The position numbers and the translations under genes were made by a program. This document shows, piece after piece, positions 20,497 to 30,773 of a DNA stretch of 64,000 nt; the first letter of the stretch is position 1, and every line of letters starts with the position of its first letter. The notes beneath the pieces are model-generated. The model was not told the DNA's origin. It was given only the letters and a program-made list of their open reading frames with translations, and searched no databases. Origin of the DNA: a candidate division WOR-3 bacterium (GTDB lineage Bacteria > Hydrothermota > Hydrothermia > LBFQ01); assembly GCA_027050205.1 (NCBI GenBank), contig JALUCS010000118.1, positions 12,992-76,991 on the forward strand, given 5' to 3'.

Positions 20497-20744
20497 AGCC
20501 ATCAATTTTAAACGAGGGAGGGAAACCTATCCCAAAAGATCAGCATTACGGATAATCCGAACCACCCGGACGAAACTCCCCCTCTCCGTGCGTTTTTATC
20601 ACCCGGTAAAAGGCGCCGTACAGGATAATGCGGGAGATCTGGCTCCTCCGTACGGTTCTGGGGATCCGCCTTGGTGGCCCGGTTAAAGGGGCCTTGTCCA
20701 AGGGCTATAGAGACAACTAAGCTCCCTCACGGGTATTGAGCTGA

Positions 20745-20856
20745 TAGAGGGATACCCATCCGCCGCGCATGGTTCTATAAGGCCTCCGAATTTCTTGGCC
20801 ATAGGAAAAGGAGAAGGATATAGAGATACTTCACAAAAATGCTAAAAATTTGTAGT
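20745..20856 (+). repeat. Dispersed degenerate non-coding repeat block, inverted relative to 53428-53554
   Basis: TAGAGGGATACCCATCCGC...TTCACAAAAAT...AAAATTTGTAGT matches the reverse complement of 53428-53554. Confidence 0.65.
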
Positions 20857-21226
20857 TAATGGCATCAAATTGCCAAAAATCCTACGGACGTTTCCAAAAA
20901 CTTAAACTTATCCCAGTTTGATGAGACTGCAGAGTGATTCTCATTCCACCAGCAGAATCCTCCTCACGGATGAAGGGTGGTAGTTTTCTGAAACCGGACT
21001 TTCGGTTTTTGAAGTTATGTTGAATAAAGTTCAAATAGGCAATTTTTTTAAAGTGAGTCCGAAATTAGGGTAGGTCGAAAACTAAACAAACTTTCGGAAA
21101 TAAGGAGTCCTATCCTATCAACGACACCCGTTGAAAGAAGCGAGGTACATCCCTCTTTCCGGGTGGAGATACGATTCCCCCTGTGAGGGGTACCCCCGTT
21201 GCTCTACCACAGTATAATCCCCAACT

Positions 21227-22681
21227 ATGTTGAGCCTCGTCATCTTCTTCCCGCTCCTTGCGGCCATACCGCTGTTTTTCTTTAGACCGGAGTGGAGAAG
21301 GACCTACTGGGTTTATGGGACGTTTGCTACCCTGTTGGAGCTTCTGTTTTCCTTGGGGCTTCTCGCCGGGTTTGACTTTGGCCACAGCGCGGAGTTCCAG
21401 TTCGTTGAGAGGTACGTATTCTTTGGCCTTGAGAACGCCCCGTACTACGTGGGGATAGACGGTCTGGCCCTCATCCTCATCCTCCTGACCACCTTCTTAA
21501 CCTTCCTCGGCATAGTGTCCTCCTACAACTACATCAAGGAGAAGGTGCAGGCCTACGTCATCACGATGCTCCTCCTGGAGACGGCTATGATAGGCGTCTT
21601 CGCCTCCCTCAACATCATCCAGTTCTTCATCTTCTGGGAGGCCCAGCTCGTTCCCATGTTCATCCTGATAGCCCTCTGGGGACACGAGAACCGCGTGTAT
21701 GCCGCCTTCAAGTTCCTGATCTACACGGCCGTCGGCTCCGTCCCTATGCTGGCAGCCATAATCTGGATCTACCTCAACTACGGCACCTTTGACTATCCCC
21801 TCCTCCTCCAGACCCTCCCTAAGGCCGCTGCTGACATCCAGAGGCTCCTCTTCCTCGCCTTCTCCATAGGTTTTATGATAAAGGTTCCCATGTTTCCCTT
21901 CCACACGTGGCTTCCGGATGCCCACGTTGAGGCTCCCACCGCCGGTTCCGTCATCCTGGCCGGCATCCTCCTCAAGATGGGTACCTTCGGCTTCTTGAGG
22001 TACTCCCTCCCCCTCTTCCCCGCCGGGTTTGATGCCTACAGGGGCCTGATAGCCGTCCTTGCCATAATTGGCATCATATACGGCGGCCTGATGGCGTGGG
22101 TCCAGGCCGATATGAAGAAGCTCGTGGCCTACTCCTCGGTCGCTCATATGGGATTCGCCATGCTCGGCATAGCCTCCGGAAACCCCATCGGGATACAGGG
22201 GGCGGTCCTTGTTATGATAAGCCACGGTCTGACGACGGGCGCCCTGTTCTTCATCGTGGGTATGCTCTACGAGAGGAGGCACACCCGCCTGATAAGGGAC
22301 TACTCTGGAATTGCCAACAAGGTACCTAACCTTTCAGCCTTCTTCGGTTTTATGGCTCTGGCCTCAATAGGTCTGCCCGGACTCTCCGGCTTCGTCGGGG
22401 AGTTCTTGAGTATGATAGGGGCCTACAAGGCCAACCCGGTCTGGGGCTACTTCGCGGCCCCCGGTGTAATAGTGGCCGCCATCTACATGCTATCGCTGAT
22501 AAAGAGGGTGGTCTTCGGGAAGCTGGATCCGGAGAGCGCAAAGATGCCCGACGTATCCTTCCGTGAGGCCTTCATCCTCGCCTTCCTGGCCATCTTCGTC
22601 ATCTGGATCGGGGTCTATCCCATGCCCTTCCTCAACTTCACGGATCAGGTGGCGGGACTCATAGTGAGTGTTCTGCACTGA
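21227..22681 (+). CDS. nuoM: NADH-quinone oxidoreductase subunit M (antiporter-like), stand-alone
   Basis: FFIFWE, IKVPMFPFHTWLPDAHVEAPTAGS, LLKMG, KKLVAYSSVAHMG. Confidence 0.93.
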   Translation: MLSLVIFFPLLAAIPLFFFRPEWRRTYWVYGTFATLLELLFSLGLLAGFDFGHSAEFQFVERYVFFGLENAPYYVGIDGLALILILLTTFLTFLGIVSSYNYIKEKVQAYVITMLLLETAMIGVFASLNIIQFFIFWEAQLVPMFILIALWGHENRVYAAFKFLIYTAVGSVPMLAAIIWIYLNYGTFDYPLLLQTLPKAAADIQRLLFLAFSIGFMIKVPMFPFHTWLPDAHVEAPTAGSVILAGILLKMGTFGFLRYSLPLFPAGFDAYRGLIAVLAIIGIIYGGLMAWVQADMKKLVAYSSVAHMGFAMLGIASGNPIGIQGAVLVMISHGLTTGALFFIVGMLYERRHTRLIRDYSGIANKVPNLSAFFGFMALASIGLPGLSGFVGEFLSMIGAYKANPVWGYFAAPGVIVAAIYMLSLIKRVVFGKLDPESAKMPDVSFREAFILAFLAIFVIWIGVYPMPFLNFTDQVAGLIVSVLH

Positions 22682-23286
22682 TGGGTAAGGAGGACGGGGC
22701 CGGCCGAAATCGGCCTATCCTCTTGGTACTCTCGGCCCCATCGGGGGCGGGGAAGACCACCGTGGCCCGCAGACTTGTGGGGGATTACGGTTTCACCCAC
22801 GTAGTAACGGCGACGACCCGCCCTCCACGGCCGAGGGAGAGGAACGGCATAGACTACCTCTTCGTGGATAGGGAGACCTTCCTCCGGTGGATAGAGGAGG
22901 GGAACCTCTTTGAGTGGGCGGAGATCTACGGGAACCTCTACGGGATACCGAAGGACCACCTCTACAGGCCCCTGAAGGAGGGTAGGGACGTCGTCCTGAC
23001 GGTGGACGTGAACGGGAAGAGGGCGCTTGAGAGGGTGTTCCGCGATGATCCGTCCGTCCGTTTCGTCAGCGTATTCCTGAAACCCCCATCTCTGGACGTC
23101 CTTCGGGAGAGGCTCCTGCGCAGGGGGGACCCACCGGAGGAGGTGGAGAGGAGGCTGAAGAAGGCGGAAGAGGAGATGGCCTGGGCCTCGGAGTACGACC
23201 ACGTGGTCATAAACGACGACCTCACCCGCACCGTTGGAGAGATAGCGAGGATACTCGGTCTGGATGGACAGGATAGAGCGGATTAG
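22681..23286 (+). CDS. gmk: Guanylate kinase
   Basis: SAPSGAGKTT, TTRPPR, GIDYLF, GNLYG. Confidence 0.95.
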   Translation: MGKEDGAGRNRPILLVLSAPSGAGKTTVARRLVGDYGFTHVVTATTRPPRPRERNGIDYLFVDRETFLRWIEEGNLFEWAEIYGNLYGIPKDHLYRPLKEGRDVVLTVDVNGKRALERVFRDDPSVRFVSVFLKPPSLDVLRERLLRRGDPPEEVERRLKKAEEEMAWASEYDHVVINDDLTRTVGEIARILGLDGQDRAD

Positions 23287-23980
23287 GGAGATAGACGGCC
23301 TCATATCCTCCGGGGAGTACGACTCCGCCCTCGCCCTCCTTGGGGAGATGGAGCGGGAGATGAGGGAAGAGGGGGGAGGACCGCAGCTCTTCAGTGTCCT
23401 GTGGAGGAAGGGTTGGCTCCTCTACCGGAGGAGGGAACTCCGCGATGCCCTCACAGCCCTTGAGGAGGCGGCCGGAGTTCTGCCTACCGGGTCTTTGACC
23501 CCCTCCCTCCTCTACCGGATGGTCTTCGTACTCTCCACAGCCGGGACGGTCGCCCACGAGCTGAAGGAGTTTGAGCGGGCGATAGACTACCACCGCAGGG
23601 CCTTGGAACTCCTTGAGGAGTTGGGGGGGTACCTCCCACCGGAGAGGTTCCACACCGATGCGGCTCGGTTGAGGAACAATCTGGCCAACTCCTTGGTGGG
23701 TGTGGGGAGGTTCTCCGAGGCGGAGGAGACCTACCTATCCGCCCTCTCCCTCCTCAATACCCTTGAAGGGGAGGGGGTGCCGCACCTGAAGGCCAACGTC
23801 CTCTACAACCTCGGCTCCTTGTACTACTACCTGAACGACGTCCGTTCGGCCTGCAGAATGTGGAGGGAGTCGCTGCGGATATACTCCGCCCTGTGCGAGG
23901 AGACTTATGGCGAGCCTTACTGCGAGAACGCCCGGAAGCTTGAGAGGTCGGTAAGGAGGAACTGCTCCAAGGAGACCTGA
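23264..23980 (+). CDS. TPR-repeat protein
   Basis: AIDYHRRAL, NNLANSL, LYNLGSLY repeats. Confidence 0.8.
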   Translation: MDRIERIREIDGLISSGEYDSALALLGEMEREMREEGGGPQLFSVLWRKGWLLYRRRELRDALTALEEAAGVLPTGSLTPSLLYRMVFVLSTAGTVAHELKEFERAIDYHRRALELLEELGGYLPPERFHTDAARLRNNLANSLVGVGRFSEAEETYLSALSLLNTLEGEGVPHLKANVLYNLGSLYYYLNDVRSACRMWRESLRIYSALCEETYGEPYCENARKLERSVRRNCSKET

Positions 23981-23982
23981 AA

Positions 23983-24582
23983 TCACCTTTTCCTCCCCAA
24001 AACCACCATATAGCTCCTCTCAATATCGTTTATCTTCACCACCTTGACCGATAATCCCTCCTCCCGTGCTATCCGGACGTACTCCTCCGGCTCTATGAGA
24101 TTCACGTCCATACCCGTCATAAAACGGTGGAAAGGCCTGTGGAGGACCGTAAACGGTGATGGGGCGGTGAGGGTTATAACGCAAACGTCTCCCAGTTCCT
24201 TGAGCTTTCTAAGGCCAGCGCGGTGGTTGAAGAGGACGAAAACGTGCATACTGACCACGACGTCGTACTCTCCCCTATGCTTGAAAAAATCCTCTTCCAA
24301 GAACCTGACGTTGGGTAGCCCCAACCTCTTTCCCCTTCTAACGCTTCCGGAGGACGTATCTATCGCCGTTATCTTGGAGGATGGTAGGGCGAGGGAGAGC
24401 CGCTTTGTGAGGAAGGCGTCGGAAAAGCCCACCTCAAGGACGGTTTTGGGTTTTAGGGATACGACCTCCCGCAGTATGCTCCGAGCGGCCTCCCTACGGA
24501 ACCAATACAGAGGCGGAACGAGAAACATCGTCGCCCTCGCCGCGGGTAGGCCGTAGTAGAGCGAGGATAGGAGACCTCTCAA
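23983..24582 (-). CDS. Class I SAM-dependent methyltransferase-like protein
   Basis: VLEVGFSDA (degenerate motif I), ITAIDTS, YDVVVS. Confidence 0.75.
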   Translation of the reverse strand: MRGLLSSLYYGLPAARATMFLVPPLYWFRREAARSILREVVSLKPKTVLEVGFSDAFLTKRLSLALPSSKITAIDTSSGSVRRGKRLGLPNVRFLEEDFFKHRGEYDVVVSMHVFVLFNHRAGLRKLKELGDVCVITLTAPSPFTVLHRPFHRFMTGMDVNLIEPEEYVRIAREEGLSVKVVKINDIERSYMVVLGRKR

Positions 24583-24647
24583 TTCCCTCTATTCTACCTT
24601 CGTAGTATCCACTACGTTCCCCCTACAACTTTAGAATACAACCTTCA

Positions 24648-24729
24648 GCCGGGGTGGCGGAACTGGTAGACGCGCCAGATTTAGGATCTGGTGGGGTATC
24701 CCGTGCGGGTTCGAGTCCCGCCCCCGGCA
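24648..24729 (+). tRNA. tRNA-Leu (anticodon TAG), CCA not encoded
   Basis: Acceptor GCCGGGG/CCCCGGC-A, anticodon arm CCAGA-TTTAGGA-TCTGG, long variable arm, GTTCGAGTC T-loop; TAGAAT at 24632. Confidence 0.97.
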
Positions 24730-24799
24730 TTCCGGTATCCGCATGCGTAGGTAAGTTCCATAACCCCTATCATCGTCCCTACAATTTTTGGTTCCGGAA

Positions 24800-25120
24800 A
24801 TGGAGGAGAAACAGCACCTTTTAGATTTCGTAGAAAGTTTAACACGCAAAATACGGGACTATATGAGATCTCACGGCCTTCCATCTCCGAAGTTTAGGGC
24901 TTTCTTAGAAGGTGGTTCAAGAGTGGTGATGGTTTCAGAGAGGGAGGCCCTTTTCCCAAGGGTTGTTAGGTGCATCTTTACTCCTCCCACCTATACGGTT
25001 ATGGTGGAGGGTTTTGTGGTGGCATACGACACCCTAACCTCCTACGATGGCTCCAGCATAGAGGACAGACTGCTTAAGACCCTCTTTGATGTGATGCTGG
25101 AGTACGTCATAGAGGATTGA
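24800..25120 (+). CDS. Hypothetical protein
   Basis: ~106-aa ORF filling the gap after the tRNA. Confidence 0.6.
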   Translation: MEEKQHLLDFVESLTRKIRDYMRSHGLPSPKFRAFLEGGSRVVMVSEREALFPRVVRCIFTPPTYTVMVEGFVVAYDTLTSYDGSSIEDRLLKTLFDVMLEYVIED

Positions 25121-25158
25121 GGGGGCATACGGTCCCTATGGCTTTAGAATACTTGGTG

Positions 25159-25536
25159 ATGTACCGGTTCATCCTAACCCTTACCGTCTTCCTACTCCTC
25201 TCCTGCGAACCTACCAAGGGGAAAAGGGGGGCGGACGGGAAGGTCCCGCAGGACGTACCTAAACCCTTGGTGGATTACGTCTATCCGGGTGCGAGGAAGG
25301 ATAAGGTGTTCGTAGGGAGGGGCGTATCCGGGATTACTATGAGTACGAAGGACGATATAACGAAGGTGGCGAAATTCTACCTTGATAAGCTCGGCCTGCC
25401 CGACGATAAGGTCGTTTCCTCACAGTACGTCTCCTATCTCTACCACGTTGGCAACAGGGACATCATCGTCAATATTGAAAAATTCAAAGAAAGGACGAAC
25501 GTCTCCGTATCCATCAGCGAGGGTCCGGGACGATAA
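25159..25536 (+). CDS. Putative lipoprotein
   Basis: MYRFILTLTVFLLLSC lipobox; TAGAAT at 25145 supports this start. Confidence 0.7.
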   Translation: MYRFILTLTVFLLLSCEPTKGKRGADGKVPQDVPKPLVDYVYPGARKDKVFVGRGVSGITMSTKDDITKVAKFYLDKLGLPDDKVVSSQYVSYLYHVGNRDIIVNIEKFKERTNVSVSISEGPGR

Positions 25537-25574
25537 CATCCGGGTACCTTCCTCCAGTAGAATACCCGCCAGCC

Positions 25575-26645
25575 ATGAAAAGGAAGGTAGAGTTCCCCGC
25601 GATAGGGAAGATCTCGCCGGAGTTCTTTGACGAGTACATCTTCCCTCACCTTGGGGCGAAGAGGGAGGAGGTCATCGTACCTCCCCAGCACGGCGTGGAT
25701 ACGGGCGTGGTCCGTATCGGCAACGGCAAGGTCCTCGTCTTCACGACCGACCCCATCTACATCCTCCCCGCATACGGTTGGGAGAAGGCGGCCTGGTTCG
25801 CCTGGCACATCCTGGCCTCCGACGTCACCACCTCCGGTTTCCCACCCACCTACATCACCGCCGACTTCAACCTCCCGATGGAGATAAGCGAGGAGGAGTT
25901 CGCCACCGTCTGGCAGGTCTGGGACAGGGAGAGTAAGAAGTACGGGGCCACGGTCGTAACGGGACACACCGCCCGCTACCCCGGAGTGAATTACCCGATG
26001 GTGGGAGGGGCGACTTTTATGTCCCTTGCCGACGAGGATAAGTTCCTGACGCCCAAGATGGCGAGGCCCGGGGACGCCCTCATAATAACGAAGGGGCCGG
26101 CCGTTGAGGCCACCGGCATATTCGCCAGCCTCTTTCCCAACTACATATCCGAGAAGCTCGGACCGGAGATAGCCGAGGCCGGGGAGAGGCTCTTTTGGAA
26201 GATGAGTACGGTGGACGACGCCCTCACGGCCGTGTCCGTGGGCTACAGGGAGGAGGGCGTACGAGCTATGCACGACGCCACGGAGTGCGGCATCCTCGGA
26301 GGGGTGTACGAGATGGCCGAGGCCTCCGGTGTAGGTGTCGTATACTACAAGGATAAGACACCCATCCAACCCGGTGTCCTTGAGATAACCTCCCTCTTCG
26401 GTATGGAGCCTTTCTCCTCCATAAGCGAGGGTACCCTCGTCATGGCCGTCGTACCTGATAAGGCCGACGAGGTGGTCAGGAGGCTGAAAGAAAAGGGTAT
26501 AGACGCTGCTATCGTCGGTGAGTTCCTACCCAGAGACAAGGGGATGTGGGTCGTAGAGGACGGTGTCCAGAAACCCCTTGAGCATCCCCGCGTAGACCCC
26601 TTCTGGTCCGCGATAGACAGGGCTTTGAGCGAAGGGTTGAGTTGA
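25575..26645 (+). CDS. AIR-synthase-related (HypE/ThiL-like) protein
   Basis: GVDTGV, TTDP, VTGHT, MHDATECG. Confidence 0.88.
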   Translation: MKRKVEFPAIGKISPEFFDEYIFPHLGAKREEVIVPPQHGVDTGVVRIGNGKVLVFTTDPIYILPAYGWEKAAWFAWHILASDVTTSGFPPTYITADFNLPMEISEEEFATVWQVWDRESKKYGATVVTGHTARYPGVNYPMVGGATFMSLADEDKFLTPKMARPGDALIITKGPAVEATGIFASLFPNYISEKLGPEIAEAGERLFWKMSTVDDALTAVSVGYREEGVRAMHDATECGILGGVYEMAEASGVGVVYYKDKTPIQPGVLEITSLFGMEPFSSISEGTLVMAVVPDKADEVVRRLKEKGIDAAIVGEFLPRDKGMWVVEDGVQKPLEHPRVDPFWSAIDRALSEGLS

Positions 26646-26803
26646 GGGAGATAGTCCTGGCCTTCATAACGGGGTTCCTGACGGGCGTGGTCTTCTCCCT
26701 CGCCCGTCTCCCCATCCCCGCACCTCCAACCCTCGCCGGGATAATGGGGATAGTCGGCATATTCGCCGGCTACCTCCTGGTGAAGTACCTGACGGGGAGA
26801 TAA
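26642..26803 (+). CDS. XapX/DUF1427-like small membrane protein (53 aa, absent from the ORF track)
   Basis: TTG start overlapping the upstream stop; MREIVLAFITGFLTGVVFSLARLPIPAPPTLAGIMGIVGIFAGYLLVKYLTGR. Confidence 0.85.
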   Translation: MREIVLAFITGFLTGVVFSLARLPIPAPPTLAGIMGIVGIFAGYLLVKYLTGR

Positions 26804-26830
26804 AAAAACGGGGGGCTTTCGCCCCCCTTT
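26802..26830. terminator. Intrinsic terminator, probably bidirectional and stronger on the minus strand
   Basis: A7-C-GGGGGGC-TTTC-GCCCCCC-TTT between convergent genes. Confidence 0.85.
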
Positions 26831-26848
26831 CCCCGTTATCTGCGGCCG

Positions 26849-28480
26849 TTAGCGGATGACGATGCTCCTTAAACCGCTCTGGGTCTTCACGAAGTAGGAG
26901 CCTCTCCTTAGAGGTACGAACTCGTAGTCGGAGGACTGGCCACTCCCAACGAGACGGCCGGCGGGGTCGTATATGCGGTAGGTACCTTTGACCTTCAGGC
27001 CACCCTTGACCACAACCACGTTATTCTCGGCTACGGACGGGGCCTCCTCTATGCCGGTGGCCGGCGTGAAGAAGTGGTAGTCGTAGCGCACATCAAAGTC
27101 GTTCGTATTATTCCACCTTCTGGACCACGCCACGTGGAGGAACTGCTCGCTTATAAGGGTATCCTCGGAGCTGGTGATGACGGGGTGCCAGGTCGTAAGG
27201 ACGCCGTACTTAAAGGAGGGGTCGTTGATGCTGTCCTTGTAGATATAGTAACCACCGGACAGCGGCAGAGCAGCGACTATTACCCTCATCGTATCCGTTA
27301 TGGAATCAACCGGTGTATCCTTGTCTCCGTAAAGGTAGGATACCCACACGGTATCGGCAGCGAAGGCCATGGTGGGCCATAGCTCGTCATCCAATGTGGT
27401 ACCGCAACTATGCCAGTTGAAGGAAGAACCGCCGTCCGTACTGTACTGTATGTAGCAGTCGTAGTCCGTTGAGGAGTAAGGATAGGTATAGACCACACCG
27501 ACGTAGGGGCCTCCCCTCCTACCCTTTACGTGGGGGAATAAACCTTTACCGAAGCTGGCGGACCTCGCCGTCCAGGAGCTACCGAAGGAGGAGGTGGCCA
27601 GGAGTACGGTGTCCCCGTTGGTCATATAGGCGAGGAAGAGCTTCGCACCGCTGGAGTAGAAGTGATCTATGCTCATCCTGTTGGCGGTACCCGTATCTCC
27701 TATGGCATAGGCTATGCCGCCGTAAGAGGTGTACGTGGTAGTGTCGGGATTGTCTATCCGTACGAACATAACGGAGTCCTTGTTGGCGTTCCAGTAGGCG
27801 TAGTAGACCCAAACGGCGCTGCTGTACGTCTCGTAGTCCGTCGTCACCGTGGGGAAGTCCTCAAAGTCTCCGGCGAGGGAAAGGTAATACATATACTTCG
27901 TAGCATCGGATCGCCTTACCTTGAGGAGACGGGGGTCGTGATCCGTTGAGGAAAAAACCTTGGAGAAGGCTACATAGACGTAGTTCCCATCTATAGCCAT
28001 ATCGGGATTGCGGAGGTCCCCGGAGTAGGAGTAGGACGTCCAGCGGCTCCAGGAGATGCTGCGGCTACTGTAGTTTACGACACCCCTGTACAGGACTATG
28101 CTGTCCCGGAGGGTGATGGCAGCGTAGAGGGTGTCGCTCCTCGGATCCTTCACAACGTCAAAGTACTTCTCGTCCAACCCGGACGTCCTCGCGAGTATAC
28201 CGTCCAAGGACTCCCAGAGGGGCTTAACGGAACTCGGCGGAGAGAAAGGCTTACGGCGGTTCTCGTAGACCTCGTCCTTCAGCCTGCCCATCTCCTGGAC
28301 GAGGCGGTCGTCTATGACCGTACCACCGTAGTGCGCCCTTAGGAGCCTGGCCGCCTCCGCGCCCTTGCCCTCCCTCTTGAGGGCGTCCGCCTGAATATCT
28401 ACGGCGGTTATCCGATGCAGGTTAGCCCGTATGGTGCGCGCCTCTACGGGCTTATCCACCATTGCTATGATCCACATCAT
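26849..28480 (-). CDS. Secreted beta-rich (BNR/sialidase-like) protein with T9SS-CTD-like C-terminus
   Basis: YSTDGGSSF Asp-box; tail GIEE...RIYDPAGRLV...RRGSYFVK...IVIR; AGGAGGT SD. Confidence 0.75.
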   Translation of the reverse strand: MMWIIAMVDKPVEARTIRANLHRITAVDIQADALKREGKGAEAARLLRAHYGGTVIDDRLVQEMGRLKDEVYENRRKPFSPPSSVKPLWESLDGILARTSGLDEKYFDVVKDPRSDTLYAAITLRDSIVLYRGVVNYSSRSISWSRWTSYSYSGDLRNPDMAIDGNYVYVAFSKVFSSTDHDPRLLKVRRSDATKYMYYLSLAGDFEDFPTVTTDYETYSSAVWVYYAYWNANKDSVMFVRIDNPDTTTYTSYGGIAYAIGDTGTANRMSIDHFYSSGAKLFLAYMTNGDTVLLATSSFGSSWTARSASFGKGLFPHVKGRRGGPYVGVVYTYPYSSTDYDCYIQYSTDGGSSFNWHSCGTTLDDELWPTMAFAADTVWVSYLYGDKDTPVDSITDTMRVIVAALPLSGGYYIYKDSINDPSFKYGVLTTWHPVITSSEDTLISEQFLHVAWSRRWNNTNDFDVRYDYHFFTPATGIEEAPSVAENNVVVVKGGLKVKGTYRIYDPAGRLVGSGQSSDYEFVPLRRGSYFVKTQSGLRSIVIR

Positions 28481-28598
28481 AACTCTTACCTCCTGGTTTG
28501 CTGGTTAAGGGGTATATTATACGGGAAGTGCGAGACGATTTAGGGGAGTCTTGCAAGGCTGCCCATTTTCTCCCTCATCGCCAGTATAATAGCCGCTT

Positions 28599-28784
28599 AT
28601 GGCGACCAAGGCGCAGATGGAGAAGATGAAGAGGAAGCCCAAGTACAGGGTGAGGTACCGCAACAGGTGCAAGATATGCGGGAGGGACCACGGCTACATA
28701 AGGCAGTTCGGGATATGCCGTATCTGCTTCCGCGAGATGGCCCTATTCGGAAAGCTACCGGGTGTAGTTAAAGCTTCCTGGTAA
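28599..28784 (+). CDS. rpsZ: 30S ribosomal protein S14, zinc-binding type
   Basis: RCKICGR...CRICFRE...PGVVKASW. Confidence 0.97.
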   Translation: MATKAQMEKMKRKPKYRVRYRNRCKICGRDHGYIRQFGICRICFREMALFGKLPGVVKASW

Positions 28785-28807
28785 TCGCACACAAGGAGGT
28801 AAAGGGT

Positions 28808-29203
28808 ATGCTTACGGATCCTATCGCCGACATGCTAACCCGGATAAGGAACGCCATAACGGCCGGGAAGAAGGAGACCATCGTAGAGCCGGTCTCCAAG
28901 TTCAAGATGGCCATCCTTGACGTCCTCAAGCGCGAGGGCTACATAGACGGGTACAAGGTTGAGGGGGAGGGCGTCAAGAAGAGGTTGAAGGTCTACATCC
29001 GCTACCACAAAGGGCAGCCCGTTATAAGGCACATAGAGAGGGTCTCCAAGCCCGGCCGTCGGGTGTATGTCGGAGTTGAGGAGATACCCAAGGTGTATAA
29101 CGGCCTTGGGATAGCCATACTTTCCACGTCCAAAGGTGTCCTCTCCGACCGCGAGGCCAAGCGCCTAAGGGTAGGCGGAGAGCTGATAGCGAAGGTCTTC
29201 TAA
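28808..29203 (+). CDS. rpsH: 30S ribosomal protein S8
   Basis: DPIADMLTRIRN, SKPGRRVY, GLGIAILSTSKG. Confidence 0.98.
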   Translation: MLTDPIADMLTRIRNAITAGKKETIVEPVSKFKMAILDVLKREGYIDGYKVEGEGVKKRLKVYIRYHKGQPVIRHIERVSKPGRRVYVGVEEIPKVYNGLGIAILSTSKGVLSDREAKRLRVGGELIAKVF

Positions 29204-29213
29204 GGGGGGAAAT

Positions 29214-29822
29214 ATGTCAAGGCTCATAAAGAAACCCATAGTCTTACCTTCTGGAGTTCAGCTGGAGGTCAAGGAGGGAGAGGGGAAGTTCAAGGGCGAG
29301 ATGGTGAGGGGGAAGATCTTCCACTTCAAGGGACCGAAGGGGGAGATGGAGGTCTTCGTTCCCCCGATGGTTGAGGTTGAGGTAAAGGACAAGGAGATAT
29401 GGGTGAAACCTATAGACCCCAAGAGCGTCCCCAAGCCCGACCGTAAGTTGGCCAAGGCCTTACCGGGTACCATCTACCGCCACCTATCCAACGCCATCAA
29501 AGGGGTGACCGAAGGGTACCGCAAGGAGCTGAAGGTCGTAGGCACCGGATACCGTGTCAGGTTGGAGGGGGACAGGTTCGTCTTTACGGTGGGGTACTCC
29601 CATCCGGTGTACTACAAGGTCCCGGAGGAGTACCGGAAGTACGTCAAGGCCGAGGTCAAGGGCGTGGATACGGTTATCGTAAGTGGCACCAGCAAGGAGC
29701 TTGTCGGCCTCGTCGCCGCCCAGATACGGTCCATAAAGGAGCCGAACATCTACACCGGTAAGGGGATCCGCTACGCCGACGAGGTGATAGTCCTCAAGCC
29801 CACGAAGAAGACCAAGGTATAA
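29214..29822 (+). CDS. rplF: 50S ribosomal protein L6
   Basis: [25 protein letters not shown]. Confidence 0.97.
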   Translation: MSRLIKKPIVLPSGVQLEVKEGEGKFKGEMVRGKIFHFKGPKGEMEVFVPPMVEVEVKDKEIWVKPIDPKSVPKPDRKLAKALPGTIYRHLSNAIKGVTEGYRKELKVVGTGYRVRLEGDRFVFTVGYSHPVYYKVPEEYRKYVKAEVKGVDTVIVSGTSKELVGLVAAQIRSIKEPNIYTGKGIRYADEVIVLKPTKKTKV

Positions 29823-29833
29823 GGGGGTTTGCT

Positions 29834-30229
29834 ATGAGGTACGTATCTGAAAGGAGAAAGACCGAGTACCGCCTCAAGAGGCGGAAGAGGAGGCACCTTA
29901 GGGTGCGAAAGAAGGTGGAGGGGACGCCGGAGAGACCCCGCCTCGTAGTGTTCAGGTCCAACAAGCACATATACGCCCAGATAGTCCTGGACCCGCCCTT
30001 CAAGTCTTCCATAGTCATAACGGGTGCCTCCACCCTATCTCCGGAGATAAGGGAGAAGATAAAGGGTATGAAGAAGACGGAGCAGGCTCGCGAGGTGGGT
30101 AAGCTCATAGCCCAGCGGGCCAAAGAGAAGGGCATAACCAAGGTGGTGTTTGACAGGGCCGGGTACAAGTATCACGGCCGCGTTAAGGCTCTGGCCGAGG
30201 GCGCCAGAGAGGGCGGACTCATCTTTTAA
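29834..30229 (+). CDS. rplR: 50S ribosomal protein L18
   Basis: [37 protein letters not shown]. Confidence 0.97.
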   Translation: MRYVSERRKTEYRLKRRKRRHLRVRKKVEGTPERPRLVVFRSNKHIYAQIVLDPPFKSSIVITGASTLSPEIREKIKGMKKTEQAREVGKLIAQRAKEKGITKVVFDRAGYKYHGRVKALAEGAREGGLIF

Positions 30230-30242
30230 AAGGAGGTGAAGG

Positions 30243-30773
30243 ATGGAAGAGCAACTGATTGAAACTACGGTGATCATAAGGCGCACGTCCAAGATGACCT
30301 CCGGAGGGCGTAAGTTTCACATAGACGCCTGGGTGGTCGTAGGGGACGGAAACGGGCGAGTGGGCGTGGGCCACGGTAAGGCCCAGGAGACCCCCGACGC
30401 CATTCAGAAGGCCATCCGTAGGGCCAAGAAGAATATGATAAGGGCCATCGTCTGGAGGGGGACCGTACCCCACGACATACAGGTCAAGTTCAAGGCCACG
30501 AAGCTCCTGATAAAGCCCGCCTCCCCCGGTACGGGTATCATAGCCTCCCGGCCGGTGCGAGCCATCTTGGAGGCCGCCGGCTACCGGAACGTACTCACCA
30601 AGCTCATCGGCTCCACCAACCCCATAAACGCCCTCTACGCCACCATAAAGGCCCTATCTATGATGCGGAGTCCCGACGAGGTTCTAAGCGCCAGGGGGAA
30701 GAAGAAGAGGGTAAGGCCTACGGCGAAGGAGGAGGTGAAGGATGAGAAAGCTCCGGATAACGTTGAAGCGTAG
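30243..30773 (+). CDS. rpsE: 30S ribosomal protein S5
   Basis: GGRKF, VVVGDGNGRVGVGHGKA, PGTGIIA, GSTNPIN. Confidence 0.97.
   Translation: MEEQLIETTVIIRRTSKMTSGGRKFHIDAWVVVGDGNGRVGVGHGKAQETPDAIQKAIRRAKKNMIRAIVWRGTVPHDIQVKFKATKLLIKPASPGTGIIASRPVRAILEAAGYRNVLTKLIGSTNPINALYATIKALSMMRSPDEVLSARGKKKRVRPTAKEEVKDEKAPDNVEA

Noticed and set aside
21005..21026. dif-like site (TTATGTTGAAT resembles the XerD arm)
   Set aside because: No XerC-type arm ending in ATAA/AGAA at the 6-bp spacing.
24648..25536. Island or prophage integrated at tRNA-Leu
   Set aside because: No integrase and no duplicated tRNA 3' end seen in the window.
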